From Candidatus Micrarchaeota archaeon (lineage in GTDB: Archaea; Micrarchaeota; Micrarchaeia; Anstonellales; Bilamarchaeaceae): 64,000 bases of DNA. Position 1 is the first letter of the stretch. Each line of letters begins with the position of its first letter. Location: positions 4,775 through 68,774 of the forward strand of contig CAZKHX010000002.1 of the NCBI GenBank assembly GCA_964552755.1, written 5' to 3'. Position numbers and translations under genes: made by a program. The notes below the pieces were generated by a model. That model was not told the DNA's origin and made no database searches. It saw only the letters and a program-made list of their open reading frames with translations. Positions 8,980-21,320 of the stretch are shown piece by piece.

Positions 8980-9714
8980 TTATTTCTTCCTGATGCTGAG
9001 CTCCTTCTCCACAAGCTCTGAAAGCACGTCCCTGGGGATGAACCTCCTCCCGCCGATTTTCACATGGGGTATGCGGTTCCTGTCCAGGCGCCTCTCGAAA
9101 GCGTTCCTCTTGATGTCAACGCCTTTCTTGTGGAGCTCGCCGATTGCCTCGCTCACCGAGTAATATTTCCTCGCGAGGTGGCTGAAGCCCTCAATCGCCT
9201 TCTTCGGGATTAGCCTTTTCGTGCCTATCTTGACCGAGGGGATGGAGTTCTTCTCTATCCTCCCGATGAAGGCACGGTAGTTGATGGAGGTATTGTATTT
9301 CCTGTAGGAGTTGTATGCCTGCTTGACCGTATAGTACTCCTTGCTCACCTCGAGCATGTCCTCGAGCGATTGCGACGGGATGTACCTCTTCTTGCCGATT
9401 TTGACGGACGGGATGCTCCTCCTTTCAATGCGGCCGCCGAAAGCCCTGAAGGAGATGTCCATTCCTTTGCCGCGCAGGTGTTCGTAGGCATCCTGGATGG
9501 ACAGCAGGCCGTTCTTCCTCAGCGCCTCGTCCTCTACCCTCTTCTTCTCGTAGAGCTTCTGGGCGCCGTTCATAACGGCGGATATGGATGAGGTAAGGCC
9601 CTTCTCGACGCGGTCCCTATTTTTCTTGACTTCGCCGATGTCCATATCCATCAATTCATCTACTTTATCGTCAGCAATCTTCTTGTTTATCACGATCCTG
9701 CGTCCTCTCGGCAT
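8980..9714 (-). CDS. DNA-binding protein with three tandem excisionase/MerR-like HTH repeats
   Basis: Three repeats of about 57 aa (nt 9001-9507). They end in RRSIPSVKIGKKRYIPS, KNSIPSVKIGTKRLIPK and RNRIPHVKIGGRRFIPR, the IP-vKiG-r--Ip signature of excisionase-type HTH domains. Confidence 0.6.
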   Translation of the reverse strand: MPRGRRIVINKKIADDKVDELMDMDIGEVKKNRDRVEKGLTSSISAVMNGAQKLYEKKRVEDEALRKNGLLSIQDAYEHLRGKGMDISFRAFGGRIERRSIPSVKIGKKRYIPSQSLEDMLEVSKEYYTVKQAYNSYRKYNTSINYRAFIGRIEKNSIPSVKIGTKRLIPKKAIEGFSHLARKYYSVSEAIGELHKKGVDIKRNAFERRLDRNRIPHVKIGGRRFIPRDVLSELVEKELSIRKK

Positions 9715-9722
9715 TTTACCAC

Positions 9723-9750
9723 CAACTACTACAACTTATATACGTAGTTG
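9723..9750. promoter_or_regulatory. Inverted repeat CAACTAC(N14)GTAGTTG enclosing the TATA box of the triple-HTH gene (candidate operator)
   Basis: CAACTAC 9723-9729 and GTAGTTG 9744-9750. TATA gtatataa (minus strand) at 9736-9743, 25.5 nt from ATG 9714. A third GTAGTTG lies at 9796-9802. Confidence 0.35.
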
Positions 9751-9774
9751 TCCTTTTTAAACCTTCCTTTTTCC

Positions 9775-11016
9775 TCACGAAACTATCCCTTTTACGTAGT
9801 TGTATACCAGCCACAGCAGCACAAGCCCGACAATTGCCGCAACCCCCAGCAGGAGCGGGTCTCCGGGCACTATCGGCTCCGGCTCTTCCCCGCCAGGGAC
9901 AGCCCCGCCGTTCCCGGGCTCCTCCTCGGGGGTCACGAGGTATTCCCCTTCCACGGTCTTCATGTTGCCTTCCTTGTCCTTTGCCACTATGGTGAACCTG
10001 ACCAGCGAGTTCTCGGGGGGCTGGATTATCTCAGCCACATACTTCCCCCCTTCCACGTAGGGCGTTGCCTTGTAGGTGGAGCCGCCTATGCTGTAGCTCA
10101 CCTCGGTGTCCTCGAGCGAGGGGCCGCTGGCCATCGCATTGGGGTCGTTCACATTGAAAGTTATCTTCAGGTTCCCATCTTTGGTCATTTCCGCCTGCAC
10201 ATTGGTTATGTCAGGGGGGGTGAGGTCGAATACGATGGTGTATTCCTCCTTCTGCGAAAGGTCCACTTCCACATTCTTCTCGAGCGAGCCATACACTGCG
10301 GTTACTGCGGGCCTTGCGAGCGCCATGTCCTCCACTTCGAACCCGGAGCCCACAAACGTCTCGTTCTCCACGGTGACCTCGGCCACGAGCGGGTTCCCGC
10401 TGTCGTCCACCACTGAAACTCGCATGCTGTAGAGCAGCGCCTGGAACGTGTATGACATGTCCCCCTCTACTGAAATGGTGCCGCTCACCACGCTGTTTTT
10501 ATAGGGGATTGCGATTTCCACTTCGTCTGCCGCATTCACCTGGAAGGTCGCATACCCGCTGCCGTCCGTGGCCTTCCACATCTCATTTACCCTTATCGGG
10601 TTGTTCGTGATGGGCTTGCCGAGCTTGTCCACCGCCCTTACCCTCAGCTGATAGGCGTCGAAGAGCATGTGCAGCTCGTTGGAATGGTGCTGTGCGGTTA
10701 CCTCCCTCTCGAGCGCAACCCCGTCATAGTATACATTTATCGTGATGTCGCAGTCCACGTGCCTCGGGTTCTTCTCGGAATTCCTGAGTGAGGTCTCCAC
10801 GGTGCCCGTTGAATCCGTGAGGAAATCCTTGGTAGTGATGTAGCCTTTTCCAGTAGTATAGTCTTTTTGGTAGGTAAAGTTCACAGTTGCGTTCGCAATC
10901 GGCCTGTAATTGGCATCAAAAATGCGGACCTTTATCGGGTCCAGCCACTCAGTGTCGCATTCCGCTGCGTAAAACATCCCTGCGAGCAGGACGAGCATGA
11001 ACATCTTTTTCCACAT
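9775..11016 (-). CDS. Secreted/membrane-anchored hypothetical protein (signal peptide, beta-rich domains, C-terminal TM helix)
   Basis: MWKKMFMLVLLAGMFYAAEC signal-like N-terminus. Acidic P/E/G linker then LLLGVAAIVGLVLLWLV near the C-terminus. Start set to ATG 11016 (GAGGGGT upstream). ORF-track GTG 11028 is the alternative. Confidence 0.5.
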   Translation of the reverse strand: MWKKMFMLVLLAGMFYAAECDTEWLDPIKVRIFDANYRPIANATVNFTYQKDYTTGKGYITTKDFLTDSTGTVETSLRNSEKNPRHVDCDITINVYYDGVALEREVTAQHHSNELHMLFDAYQLRVRAVDKLGKPITNNPIRVNEMWKATDGSGYATFQVNAADEVEIAIPYKNSVVSGTISVEGDMSYTFQALLYSMRVSVVDDSGNPLVAEVTVENETFVGSGFEVEDMALARPAVTAVYGSLEKNVEVDLSQKEEYTIVFDLTPPDITNVQAEMTKDGNLKITFNVNDPNAMASGPSLEDTEVSYSIGGSTYKATPYVEGGKYVAEIIQPPENSLVRFTIVAKDKEGNMKTVEGEYLVTPEEEPGNGGAVPGGEEPEPIVPGDPLLLGVAAIVGLVLLWLVYNYVKGIVS

Positions 11017-11050
11017 ACTACCCCTCACAACCTTACTTCATGCAGAACAA

Positions 11051-13660
11051 TTAAATACCTATCCTTGGGCTTCCCCCCCCTCCTTCCGGCTTTTCTTCGC
11101 CAGCGGGCTCCTCCCCTGCTTCGGGAGCTTCGCCACTTTCTTCAGAGGATTCCGCTTCATCTGCCTCTTCTTCCGGCTCCGCGGGCGCCTTCCCCCCGTG
11201 CTCCCCTCCAGTAACCTTTGCCTCACCAGCTTCCGCTTCACCCTCTTCTCCTTCAGCCGCGGCCGCACCTTCCCCCTCAGATGCATCTATGGTAGTAAAA
11301 GAGGCAACCTTCTCACCTTCCTTCATCCTTATCACGCGCACGCCCATCGTGTTTCGCCCTACTGTGGAGATGCCGGAAACGCTCACGCGTATTACCATGC
11401 CCCTGTTGGTTGCGATTACCGCCTCGTCATCATCCACAGCGCGCACGCCCACAACATCCCCGTTGCGGCCGCCGGCCTTAATGTTGATTATGCCGCTTCC
11501 GCCCCTGCTCTGCAGGCGGTATTCCTCAATCTTCGTCTTCTTGCCGTAGCCGTTCTCGGTTATGGTGAGCACGTGCGGCTTGTTGCATATCGCCATGCCC
11601 ACCACTTCGTCACCCTTCCTCAGCCTTATGCCGCGCACCCCTTCCGCAGTGCGGCCCATGCAGCGGACGTCCGTTTCCTTGAACCGGATGGACTGGCCCT
11701 TCTTCGTCCCAAGAACCACGGCCTGCTCACCATCGGTCTTTCTCACGTTTATGAGCTCGTCGCCCTCCTTCAGCCCGATTGCGATGATGCCTCCGGCCCG
11801 GGGCCTGCTGAAGCTGGCGCTTTCCACGCGCTTCACGGTGCCCTTTTTCGTGGCCATGAAGAAGTACTCATTCTCCTTGAATTCCTCAACCGAGATGTAC
11901 GCGGTAATCCTCTGGTCCGGTGCCTGCAGCAGGTTCACGATGGGCTTGCCCTTCGCATACCTGCCCGCCTCTGGGACGAGATATGCCTTCAGCCAGTGCA
12001 CCTTGCCCGTGTCCGTGAAGAAGAGAATATACTTGTGGTTCGTGGTCACTATTACGTCTTCAATGAAATCCTCCTCGACGGTTGCCGCGCCGATGCGGCC
12101 TTTCCCGCCGCGCTTCTGCGTGCGGTATTCCTCGAGCGGCACCCTCTTCACGTATCCCTTCTTGGAGATGGTGACAACCACCGGCTCGTCCGGTATGAGG
12201 TCCTCAATCCCCTCCTCCATCGCGGCCTCTATTATGCCTGTCCTGCGCGGCTCGCCGTACTTGTCCCTTATCTCAACCGTTTCGAGCTTTATTACCTCGA
12301 GTATCTTCCTCTCATCCGCAAGGAGCGCCTCAAGTACCCTTATCTCATCCATTTTTTCGCGGGCCTCATTCCCAATGCCCTCGCGCTCAAGCCCGGTGAG
12401 CTTCTGCAGCTTCATGTCCAGTATCGCGGCCGCCTGCGTGTCGCTGAGCTTGTACATCTCCATGAGCCCGGCCTTTGCATCGGGCCCGCTCTTTGCCGCG
12501 CGTATCAGCTTCACGACATCGTCAATGTTCTTCAGCGCTATGAGCAGCCCCTCAAGTATGTGCAGCCTGTCCTTCGCCTTCTCAAGCTCGAATTCGCTCC
12601 GCCTCCGGATTATCTCCTTCCTGAATTCAATGAATTCCGTAATCATGCTGAATAGCGGCAGTAGCTTGGGCTTGCCGCCAACAAGCGCAAGGTTCATTAT
12701 CCCGAAGCTCTTCTGCAGGTCGCTGTATGCATACAATTTCCTAAGCACGATTTCCGGGTCCTCGCCCTTCTTCAGTGTAATCGTAAGAGCCATCCCCTTC
12801 CTGTCCGAGCGGTCGTTTATCCCGCCTATGCCGTCTATCCTCTTGTCCTTCACCGCGGCGACAATCTGCTCTATGAGGCTGGTCTTGTTCACCTGGTAGG
12901 GGATTTCCGTAATCACTATCTCCTTCCCGTCCGCTGCAACCTCCGCCTTGCCGCGCACCGTGATTATGCCGCGCCCGGTCTTGTATGCGCCGAGTATCGC
13001 GGCCCGGCCCACTATGTCCCCCCCGGTGGGGAAGTCCGGCCCGGTGACTATTCGGAGCACTTCCTCCTCATCCGCCCCTTCGATGACGGAAACAATCGCG
13101 TCGCAGATTTCCACGAGGTTGTGCGGAGGCACATTGGTTGCCATGCCGACTGCAATTCCGGAAGAGCCGTTGAGCAGCAGGTTCGGCACCCTGCTCGGGA
13201 GCACCTGCGGCTCCTTCAAGGTGCCGTCAAAGTTGTCATCCCATTCAACCGTTTCCTTCTCTATGTCGCGGAGCATCTCCTCCGCAAGCTGCTTCATGCG
13301 CACTTCGGTGTAACGCATGGCCGCCGCGGAATCTCCGTCCACGCTCCCGAAGTTCCCCTGCCCGTCCACCAGCACCGCGCGGAGGGAGAAGTCCTGTGCC
13401 ATGCGCACCAGCGCATCGTAAATCGCGCTGTCCCCGTGCGGGTGGTACTTGCCGAGCACTTCCCCCACAATCCTCGCGCTCTTCTTGTAAGGCTTTGAAT
13501 GGGTGTTGCCTATCTCGTACATTGAGTAGAGTATCCTCCTCTGCACGGGCTTCAGCCCGTCCCGCACATCGGGCAGGGCCCTGCTGATGATTACGCTCAT
13601 CGCGTAGTCAAGGTAGGAGTCCTTCATGTCCTTCTCAATCGGGATGTTCGTCACTGCCAT
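11051..13660 (-). CDS. gyrA: DNA gyrase subunit A with about 75-aa acidic C-terminal tail
   Basis: [30 protein letters not shown], and the AAMRYTE active-site Tyr region. Tail [19 protein letters not shown]...[12 protein letters not shown] at nt 11051-11278. Confidence 0.95.
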   Translation of the reverse strand: MAVTNIPIEKDMKDSYLDYAMSVIISRALPDVRDGLKPVQRRILYSMYEIGNTHSKPYKKSARIVGEVLGKYHPHGDSAIYDALVRMAQDFSLRAVLVDGQGNFGSVDGDSAAAMRYTEVRMKQLAEEMLRDIEKETVEWDDNFDGTLKEPQVLPSRVPNLLLNGSSGIAVGMATNVPPHNLVEICDAIVSVIEGADEEEVLRIVTGPDFPTGGDIVGRAAILGAYKTGRGIITVRGKAEVAADGKEIVITEIPYQVNKTSLIEQIVAAVKDKRIDGIGGINDRSDRKGMALTITLKKGEDPEIVLRKLYAYSDLQKSFGIMNLALVGGKPKLLPLFSMITEFIEFRKEIIRRRSEFELEKAKDRLHILEGLLIALKNIDDVVKLIRAAKSGPDAKAGLMEMYKLSDTQAAAILDMKLQKLTGLEREGIGNEAREKMDEIRVLEALLADERKILEVIKLETVEIRDKYGEPRRTGIIEAAMEEGIEDLIPDEPVVVTISKKGYVKRVPLEEYRTQKRGGKGRIGAATVEEDFIEDVIVTTNHKYILFFTDTGKVHWLKAYLVPEAGRYAKGKPIVNLLQAPDQRITAYISVEEFKENEYFFMATKKGTVKRVESASFSRPRAGGIIAIGLKEGDELINVRKTDGEQAVVLGTKKGQSIRFKETDVRCMGRTAEGVRGIRLRKGDEVVGMAICNKPHVLTITENGYGKKTKIEEYRLQSRGGSGIINIKAGGRNGDVVGVRAVDDDEAVIATNRGMVIRVSVSGISTVGRNTMGVRVIRMKEGEKVASFTTIDASEGEGAAAAEGEEGEAEAGEAKVTGGEHGGKAPAEPEEEADEAESSEESGEAPEAGEEPAGEEKPEGGGGSPRIGI

Positions 13661-13670
13661 GTTAACCGCC

Positions 13671-17865
<4,195 letters not shown>

Positions 17866-17887
17866 GTCCTAAAATTGCAAGGTTCAG

Positions 17888-17895
17888 CTTATAAA
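17888..17895 (-). promoter_or_regulatory. TATA-like box (tttataag on minus strand) for the membrane-protein/gyrBA operon
   Basis: Box centre 26.5 nt upstream of ATG 17865. Confidence 0.4.
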
Positions 17896-17947
17896 CCTTT
17901 CTCCCCTCCCTGCCGTCGTAAAATTGGCCATTTTTCGCCCCCCCAAA

Positions 17948-17955
17948 ATTTATTA
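17948..17955 (+). promoter_or_regulatory. TATA-like box (atttatta) for cca
   Basis: Box centre 26.5 nt upstream of ATG 17978. Confidence 0.4.
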
Positions 17956-17977
17956 ACACCTGTTGAGAATAGGCAGC

Positions 17978-19306
17978 ATGAAAAAAGCGCTCAGGAGGGC
18001 CGCTTTGAGGCTTGTTACGCCCACCAAAAGGGATGAGAAGGAAGTGCTCGGGCTGCTCGATTTGCTCCAGCCCAGGCTCTCCTCCAAGCTGCCCCGCGGG
18101 GTTTCCGTTACCCCTGCAGGCTCCGTGGTGAAGGGCACGTTCCTCCGCGGCGCGGGAGACATTGACCTGTTCGCCCTGTTCCCGCCTTCCTACAGCAAGG
18201 AGAAGATGTTCCGCGTGCTGAAGAAGGCGGTTTCCCAGGCATTCCCCCGCGGGAAGAGGGAGATATCGTATGCGGAGCACCCCTACGTGCGCCTGCACCT
18301 CAAGGGCCGCAGGATAGACATAGTCCCGGCTTACCTCATGCTGGAGGGCGAGCGCATCCGCAGCGCGGTGGACCGCTCCCAGCTCCATGCAAAATATGTG
18401 CTCAGGAACATGAGCGAAGAGCAGAAAGCCGATGTGCGCCTGCTGAAGCGCTTCCTGCGCGTGAACGGCCTCTACGGCGCGGAAATCCGCGTGCTCGGCC
18501 TTTCCGGCTACCTCTGCGAGCTGCTCGTGCTCCACTACGGGGATTTCGAATCCGCAATCAATGCGGCCGCGGAATGGCAGCCCCCCGTCTCAATCGACCC
18601 GCTGAACCACTACATGAGCAGGGAGGATGTGCTCAGGTATTTCAATTCGCCCCCCATAGTCGTGGTGGACCCTGTGGACCGGGAGCGCAACGTCGCCGCC
18701 GCGCTTACAAAAGAAAACCTCGCGCGCTTCATCCTCCTTGCGCGCGGCTTCAGCGAAAAGCCCTCGATTGAGTATTTCAGGGAGAAGAACGAGCTCCGCA
18801 GGAACGTGCTCAACAACAAGCTGCGCGCGCGCAGCGTTTACGCACTGGAATTCCCCGTCCCGAAAGTGGTGGAGGACATACTCTGGGGCCAGCTGAGGCG
18901 CTTTGCCCATATGCTGAAATCCCACCTGGAGAAGGAGGGCTTCACTGTGATCGGCTCCACCCCGCACATGGAGAAGGGGAAGGCGGTAATCGTGTTCGAG
19001 GTGCTGGAGGATGAGCTCCCAAGGAAGCGCCTCGTCCCCGGCCCGTATGCGCACATGGCTTCGGACTGCAGGAAGTTCATCGCGGCGCACAGGCGCGCGC
19101 CCATCCTTGCAAGGGACTCCCGCATCTGCGCACTCGTGCGCAGGGAAGTGAGCACCCCCAAGGAGGCGGTAAACTCCTTTAAGGGCAAGCTCGGGAAATC
19201 CTTCCCCTCGCGCATAAGGGCAAGGGCCAAAAAGGCGAAATTCATTTCCGGGAAAGAGCTGCTGAGCCACCCGAAGGCGCTCAGCGGCCATTTCCAGTCT
19301 TTTTGA
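17978..19306 (+). CDS. cca: CCA-adding enzyme (archaeal class I tRNA nucleotidyltransferase)
   Basis: GSVVKGTFLRGAGDIDLFALFP nucleotidyltransferase signature of archaeal CCA enzymes. Start set to the leaderless ATG 17978. ORF-track TTG 17963 is less likely. Confidence 0.85.
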   Translation: MKKALRRAALRLVTPTKRDEKEVLGLLDLLQPRLSSKLPRGVSVTPAGSVVKGTFLRGAGDIDLFALFPPSYSKEKMFRVLKKAVSQAFPRGKREISYAEHPYVRLHLKGRRIDIVPAYLMLEGERIRSAVDRSQLHAKYVLRNMSEEQKADVRLLKRFLRVNGLYGAEIRVLGLSGYLCELLVLHYGDFESAINAAAEWQPPVSIDPLNHYMSREDVLRYFNSPPIVVVDPVDRERNVAAALTKENLARFILLARGFSEKPSIEYFREKNELRRNVLNNKLRARSVYALEFPVPKVVEDILWGQLRRFAHMLKSHLEKEGFTVIGSTPHMEKGKAVIVFEVLEDELPRKRLVPGPYAHMASDCRKFIAAHRRAPILARDSRICALVRREVSTPKEAVNSFKGKLGKSFPSRIRARAKKAKFISGKELLSHPKALSGHFQSF

Positions 19307-19319
19307 AAAATAAAAAAAT
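19307..19319 (-). terminator. Oligo-T terminator for the 19320-19613 gene
   Basis: Minus strand reads atttttttatttt immediately after the stop. Archaeal terminators are oligo-T runs. Confidence 0.45.
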
Positions 19320-19613
19320 TCAGGGCAGCTCCGGGAGGGGCAGGTCCTCGTCCAGCTCCACGTCCATCCCGTCAACCGCGAGGTCCTCCATCGTGATGTC
19401 TATCACCACGTCCGGCTTCTCAAGGCTCTGGGGAGCGCCGCCCTCCGGGGACGCGGGGCTTTCCGCTGCCGAAGCGCTTCCGGCGGCCGGCTCCTCAGAA
19501 ACCGCGGGCGCCGAGGCCTGCGGCGCGGTGCCCTGCCCGGAAGCGCATCCCATCAGCAGGAACCCCGCTGACATGAGCACTGCGAGCGCCAGCATCGCAA
19601 AAAGCGGCCTCAT
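19320..19613 (-). CDS. Small secreted lipoprotein-like protein, acidic C-terminus
   Basis: MRPLFAMLALAVLMSAGFLLMGCAS (lipobox-like LMGC). ATGA overlap with the upstream gene. Confidence 0.5.
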   Translation of the reverse strand: MRPLFAMLALAVLMSAGFLLMGCASGQGTAPQASAPAVSEEPAAGSASAAESPASPEGGAPQSLEKPDVVIDITMEDLAVDGMDVELDEDLPLPELP

Positions 19614-20524
19614 CCGCTGCCACCCTGTATCTCGCCGACTATCTCGCGGAGCTTGGCCGCTGCCTCGTTCACGAGCTCCTTGGACTCCCTCGCCTCTTCA
19701 AGGTCGTAGACTTCATCGTCCCCGAGGGAAGCCGCCTCGCCGAGCAGCGCGGTCACTTCCGCGAGCCCAGAATCGTACTCGTCCGTAGCCCCGGAAATCC
19801 TGTCAACGAACAGCCCGAACTTCTCCTGCTGGAATTCCGCCCACAGGTAGAACTGGTGGCCCCAGACCTCTTTCCTGAGCTCTTCCAGCTCGAGCGCGTC
19901 CATTTCGCTGTCCACCGCGTCTTCGAGCTGCTCCACGTTCTCTTCCGCCTCTGCGAGTATCGCGTCAAGGCCGCTGGCATCGTACCCTCTGTCTGAGAGC
20001 CTGCCGCCGGTTTCCTTCCCCTTTTCCATCCACTCGGCGTCCAGCTTGATTTCAGCCCTTATCTTCTCCCTTGCGGCATTGCCCACGCACTCGGAGAACT
20101 CCGCATGCTCTTCGGCATAGTCTTCGTCCATCTGCGTCCTAACGCGGTTCCTCTCCTGGTTCTGGGAGCCGGCTTCCCCCTGGCTCTCCAGCGCGTTGTG
20201 CAGCGCGGTGCGTATGCCCGCCACCGCGTCCGCGAATGCGGGGCGCGCTTCGGAAAGGTATAGGTTGAACCCGGCAGTGTCGCCGCCCTCAACATATCTC
20301 CCGAGCGTTTCCATCTCTTCCTCGACCGCATCGGTTTCCGCGGAAAGGTCCGCGCTTTCATCGTATCCCTCTGCGTGGCCCGCCATGGCGTATATGAATT
20401 CCGCCCGGCACTGCACCATCGCGTACCTCTTCTCCATTATGCTCTCCCGCACATCGGCAGCCTCGCCCGCTCCAACCGCGAACATGGTGCCGACCAGCAG
20501 CAGCGCAAACATCCAGTTCTTCAT
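19610..20524 (-). CDS. Secreted acidic alpha-helical hypothetical protein
   Basis: MKNWMFALLLVGTMFAVGAGEA signal. Start set to ATG 20524 (GGTGAT 4 nt upstream). ORF-track GTG 20533 is the alternative. Confidence 0.5.
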   Translation of the reverse strand: MKNWMFALLLVGTMFAVGAGEAADVRESIMEKRYAMVQCRAEFIYAMAGHAEGYDESADLSAETDAVEEEMETLGRYVEGGDTAGFNLYLSEARPAFADAVAGIRTALHNALESQGEAGSQNQERNRVRTQMDEDYAEEHAEFSECVGNAAREKIRAEIKLDAEWMEKGKETGGRLSDRGYDASGLDAILAEAEENVEQLEDAVDSEMDALELEELRKEVWGHQFYLWAEFQQEKFGLFVDRISGATDEYDSGLAEVTALLGEAASLGDDEVYDLEEARESKELVNEAAAKLREIVGEIQGGSG

Positions 20525-20554
20525 GCGAATCACCGCACACCTCTCATTCCGGCC

Positions 20555-20562
20555 TTTTAAAT
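20555..20562. promoter_or_regulatory. Shared TATA-like box (ttttaaat) in a divergent promoter region
   Basis: Only A/T box in the spacer between divergent starts 20524 (minus) and 20610 (plus). Confidence 0.3.
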
Positions 20563-20563
20563 A

Positions 20564-20583
20564 GAAACTTTCCGAAAGCTTTC
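20564..20583. promoter_or_regulatory. Overlapping palindromes GAAACTTTC / GAAAGCTTTC (candidate operator)
   Basis: GAAAGCTTTC (20574-20583) is a perfect 10-bp palindrome, preceded by the related GAAACTTTC. It sits between the TATA box and the ATG of the membrane wHTH regulator. Confidence 0.3.
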
Positions 20584-20609
20584 AAAAGGTTTTCTGCCGA
20601 AGGGGAAGC

Positions 20610-21314
20610 ATGCGCCCCCTCCTGCTGGCATTGCTCGCGGTTTCGCTCTGCTCAGCCGTGCTGGTGGAGGGCGAGATAATAAGCGCGAATACTTTCGACC
20701 TCGTCCAGGATGCGGTGGTGAAGCTCAGCGGCCCCACGACCGTGCAGCAGGTCGCGGAGAACGGCACCTTTTCCTTCGACGTACCCCAGGGCGACTACGA
20801 GCTCTCGGCATACCAGTATTCCGGGGGCGCGGTCTCCCTGTTCGCGAAGGAGCCCCTGCGCGTTGGCGCCGAGAAAATCTGGTTCGTGGCGGTGCTGTTC
20901 CCGCCTTCCGAATTCGAGGAGGAACTGCTCCCCCTGATGGAAGAGCCCGAGCTCGTGGAGGTTCCTGAGCCGCAGGATTCGCTGCTCCTGTATATCGTAA
21001 TATCCCTCCTGCTGGTAATCATCGCGCTGCTCGCGTTCCTTTTCCTGCGCAGCGGAAAGCCGAAGGAATATCCCAAAGGGCCGTTCCCCGGGGCGGAAGA
21101 AATCCAGAAGCCGCCCGCGTTGGAGCTGGACGGGGAGGAGAAGCGCGTGCTGCAGGTGCTGGGCGAAAGCGAGGGCATGCGCACGCAGAAGGAGCTCCGC
21201 GAAATACTCAACTGCACCGATGCGAAGATGAGCCTGCTCCTGTCCTCTCTGGAGGCGCGCGGCCTTGTTAAAAGGATAAAAAGGGGGAGGGAGAATATAG
21301 TGAAATTAAGGTGA
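20610..21314 (+). CDS. Membrane-tethered winged-helix regulator (signal peptide, CarboxypepD_reg-like ectodomain, TM, cytoplasmic wHTH)
   Basis: MRPLLLALLAVSLCSA. GTFSFDVPQGDYELSAYQY beta-sandwich-like segment. TM LLLYIVISLLLVIIALLAFLFL. C-terminal EEKRVLQVLGESEGMRTQKELREILNCTDAKMSLLLSSLEARGLVKRI (MarR/ArsR-like). Confidence 0.55.
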   Translation: MRPLLLALLAVSLCSAVLVEGEIISANTFDLVQDAVVKLSGPTTVQQVAENGTFSFDVPQGDYELSAYQYSGGAVSLFAKEPLRVGAEKIWFVAVLFPPSEFEEELLPLMEEPELVEVPEPQDSLLLYIVISLLLVIIALLAFLFLRSGKPKEYPKGPFPGAEEIQKPPALELDGEEKRVLQVLGESEGMRTQKELREILNCTDAKMSLLLSSLEARGLVKRIKRGRENIVKLR

Positions 21315-21320
21315 TGCTGC

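Noticed and set aside
9775-9860. PGF-CTERM/archaeosortase signal on the 413-aa secreted protein.
   Set aside because: The C-terminus (VPGDPLLLGVAAIVGLVLLWLVYNYVKGIVS) has a TM helix but no PGF-like motif and no terminal basic cluster. It was left as a simple anchor.
10997-12899. Long plus-strand ORFs (552 and 445 aa) antisense to gyrA. Similar long antisense ORFs occur at 1203-2282, 14766-15536, 15823-16923, 26199-27380, 27211-28729, 38560-40569, 42246-44491 and 45042-46085.
   Set aside because: They lie opposite strongly recognisable genes. Their products are low-complexity (Arg/Pro/Leu/Ser/His-rich) with no motifs, which is typical shadow-ORF behaviour in GC-rich DNA.
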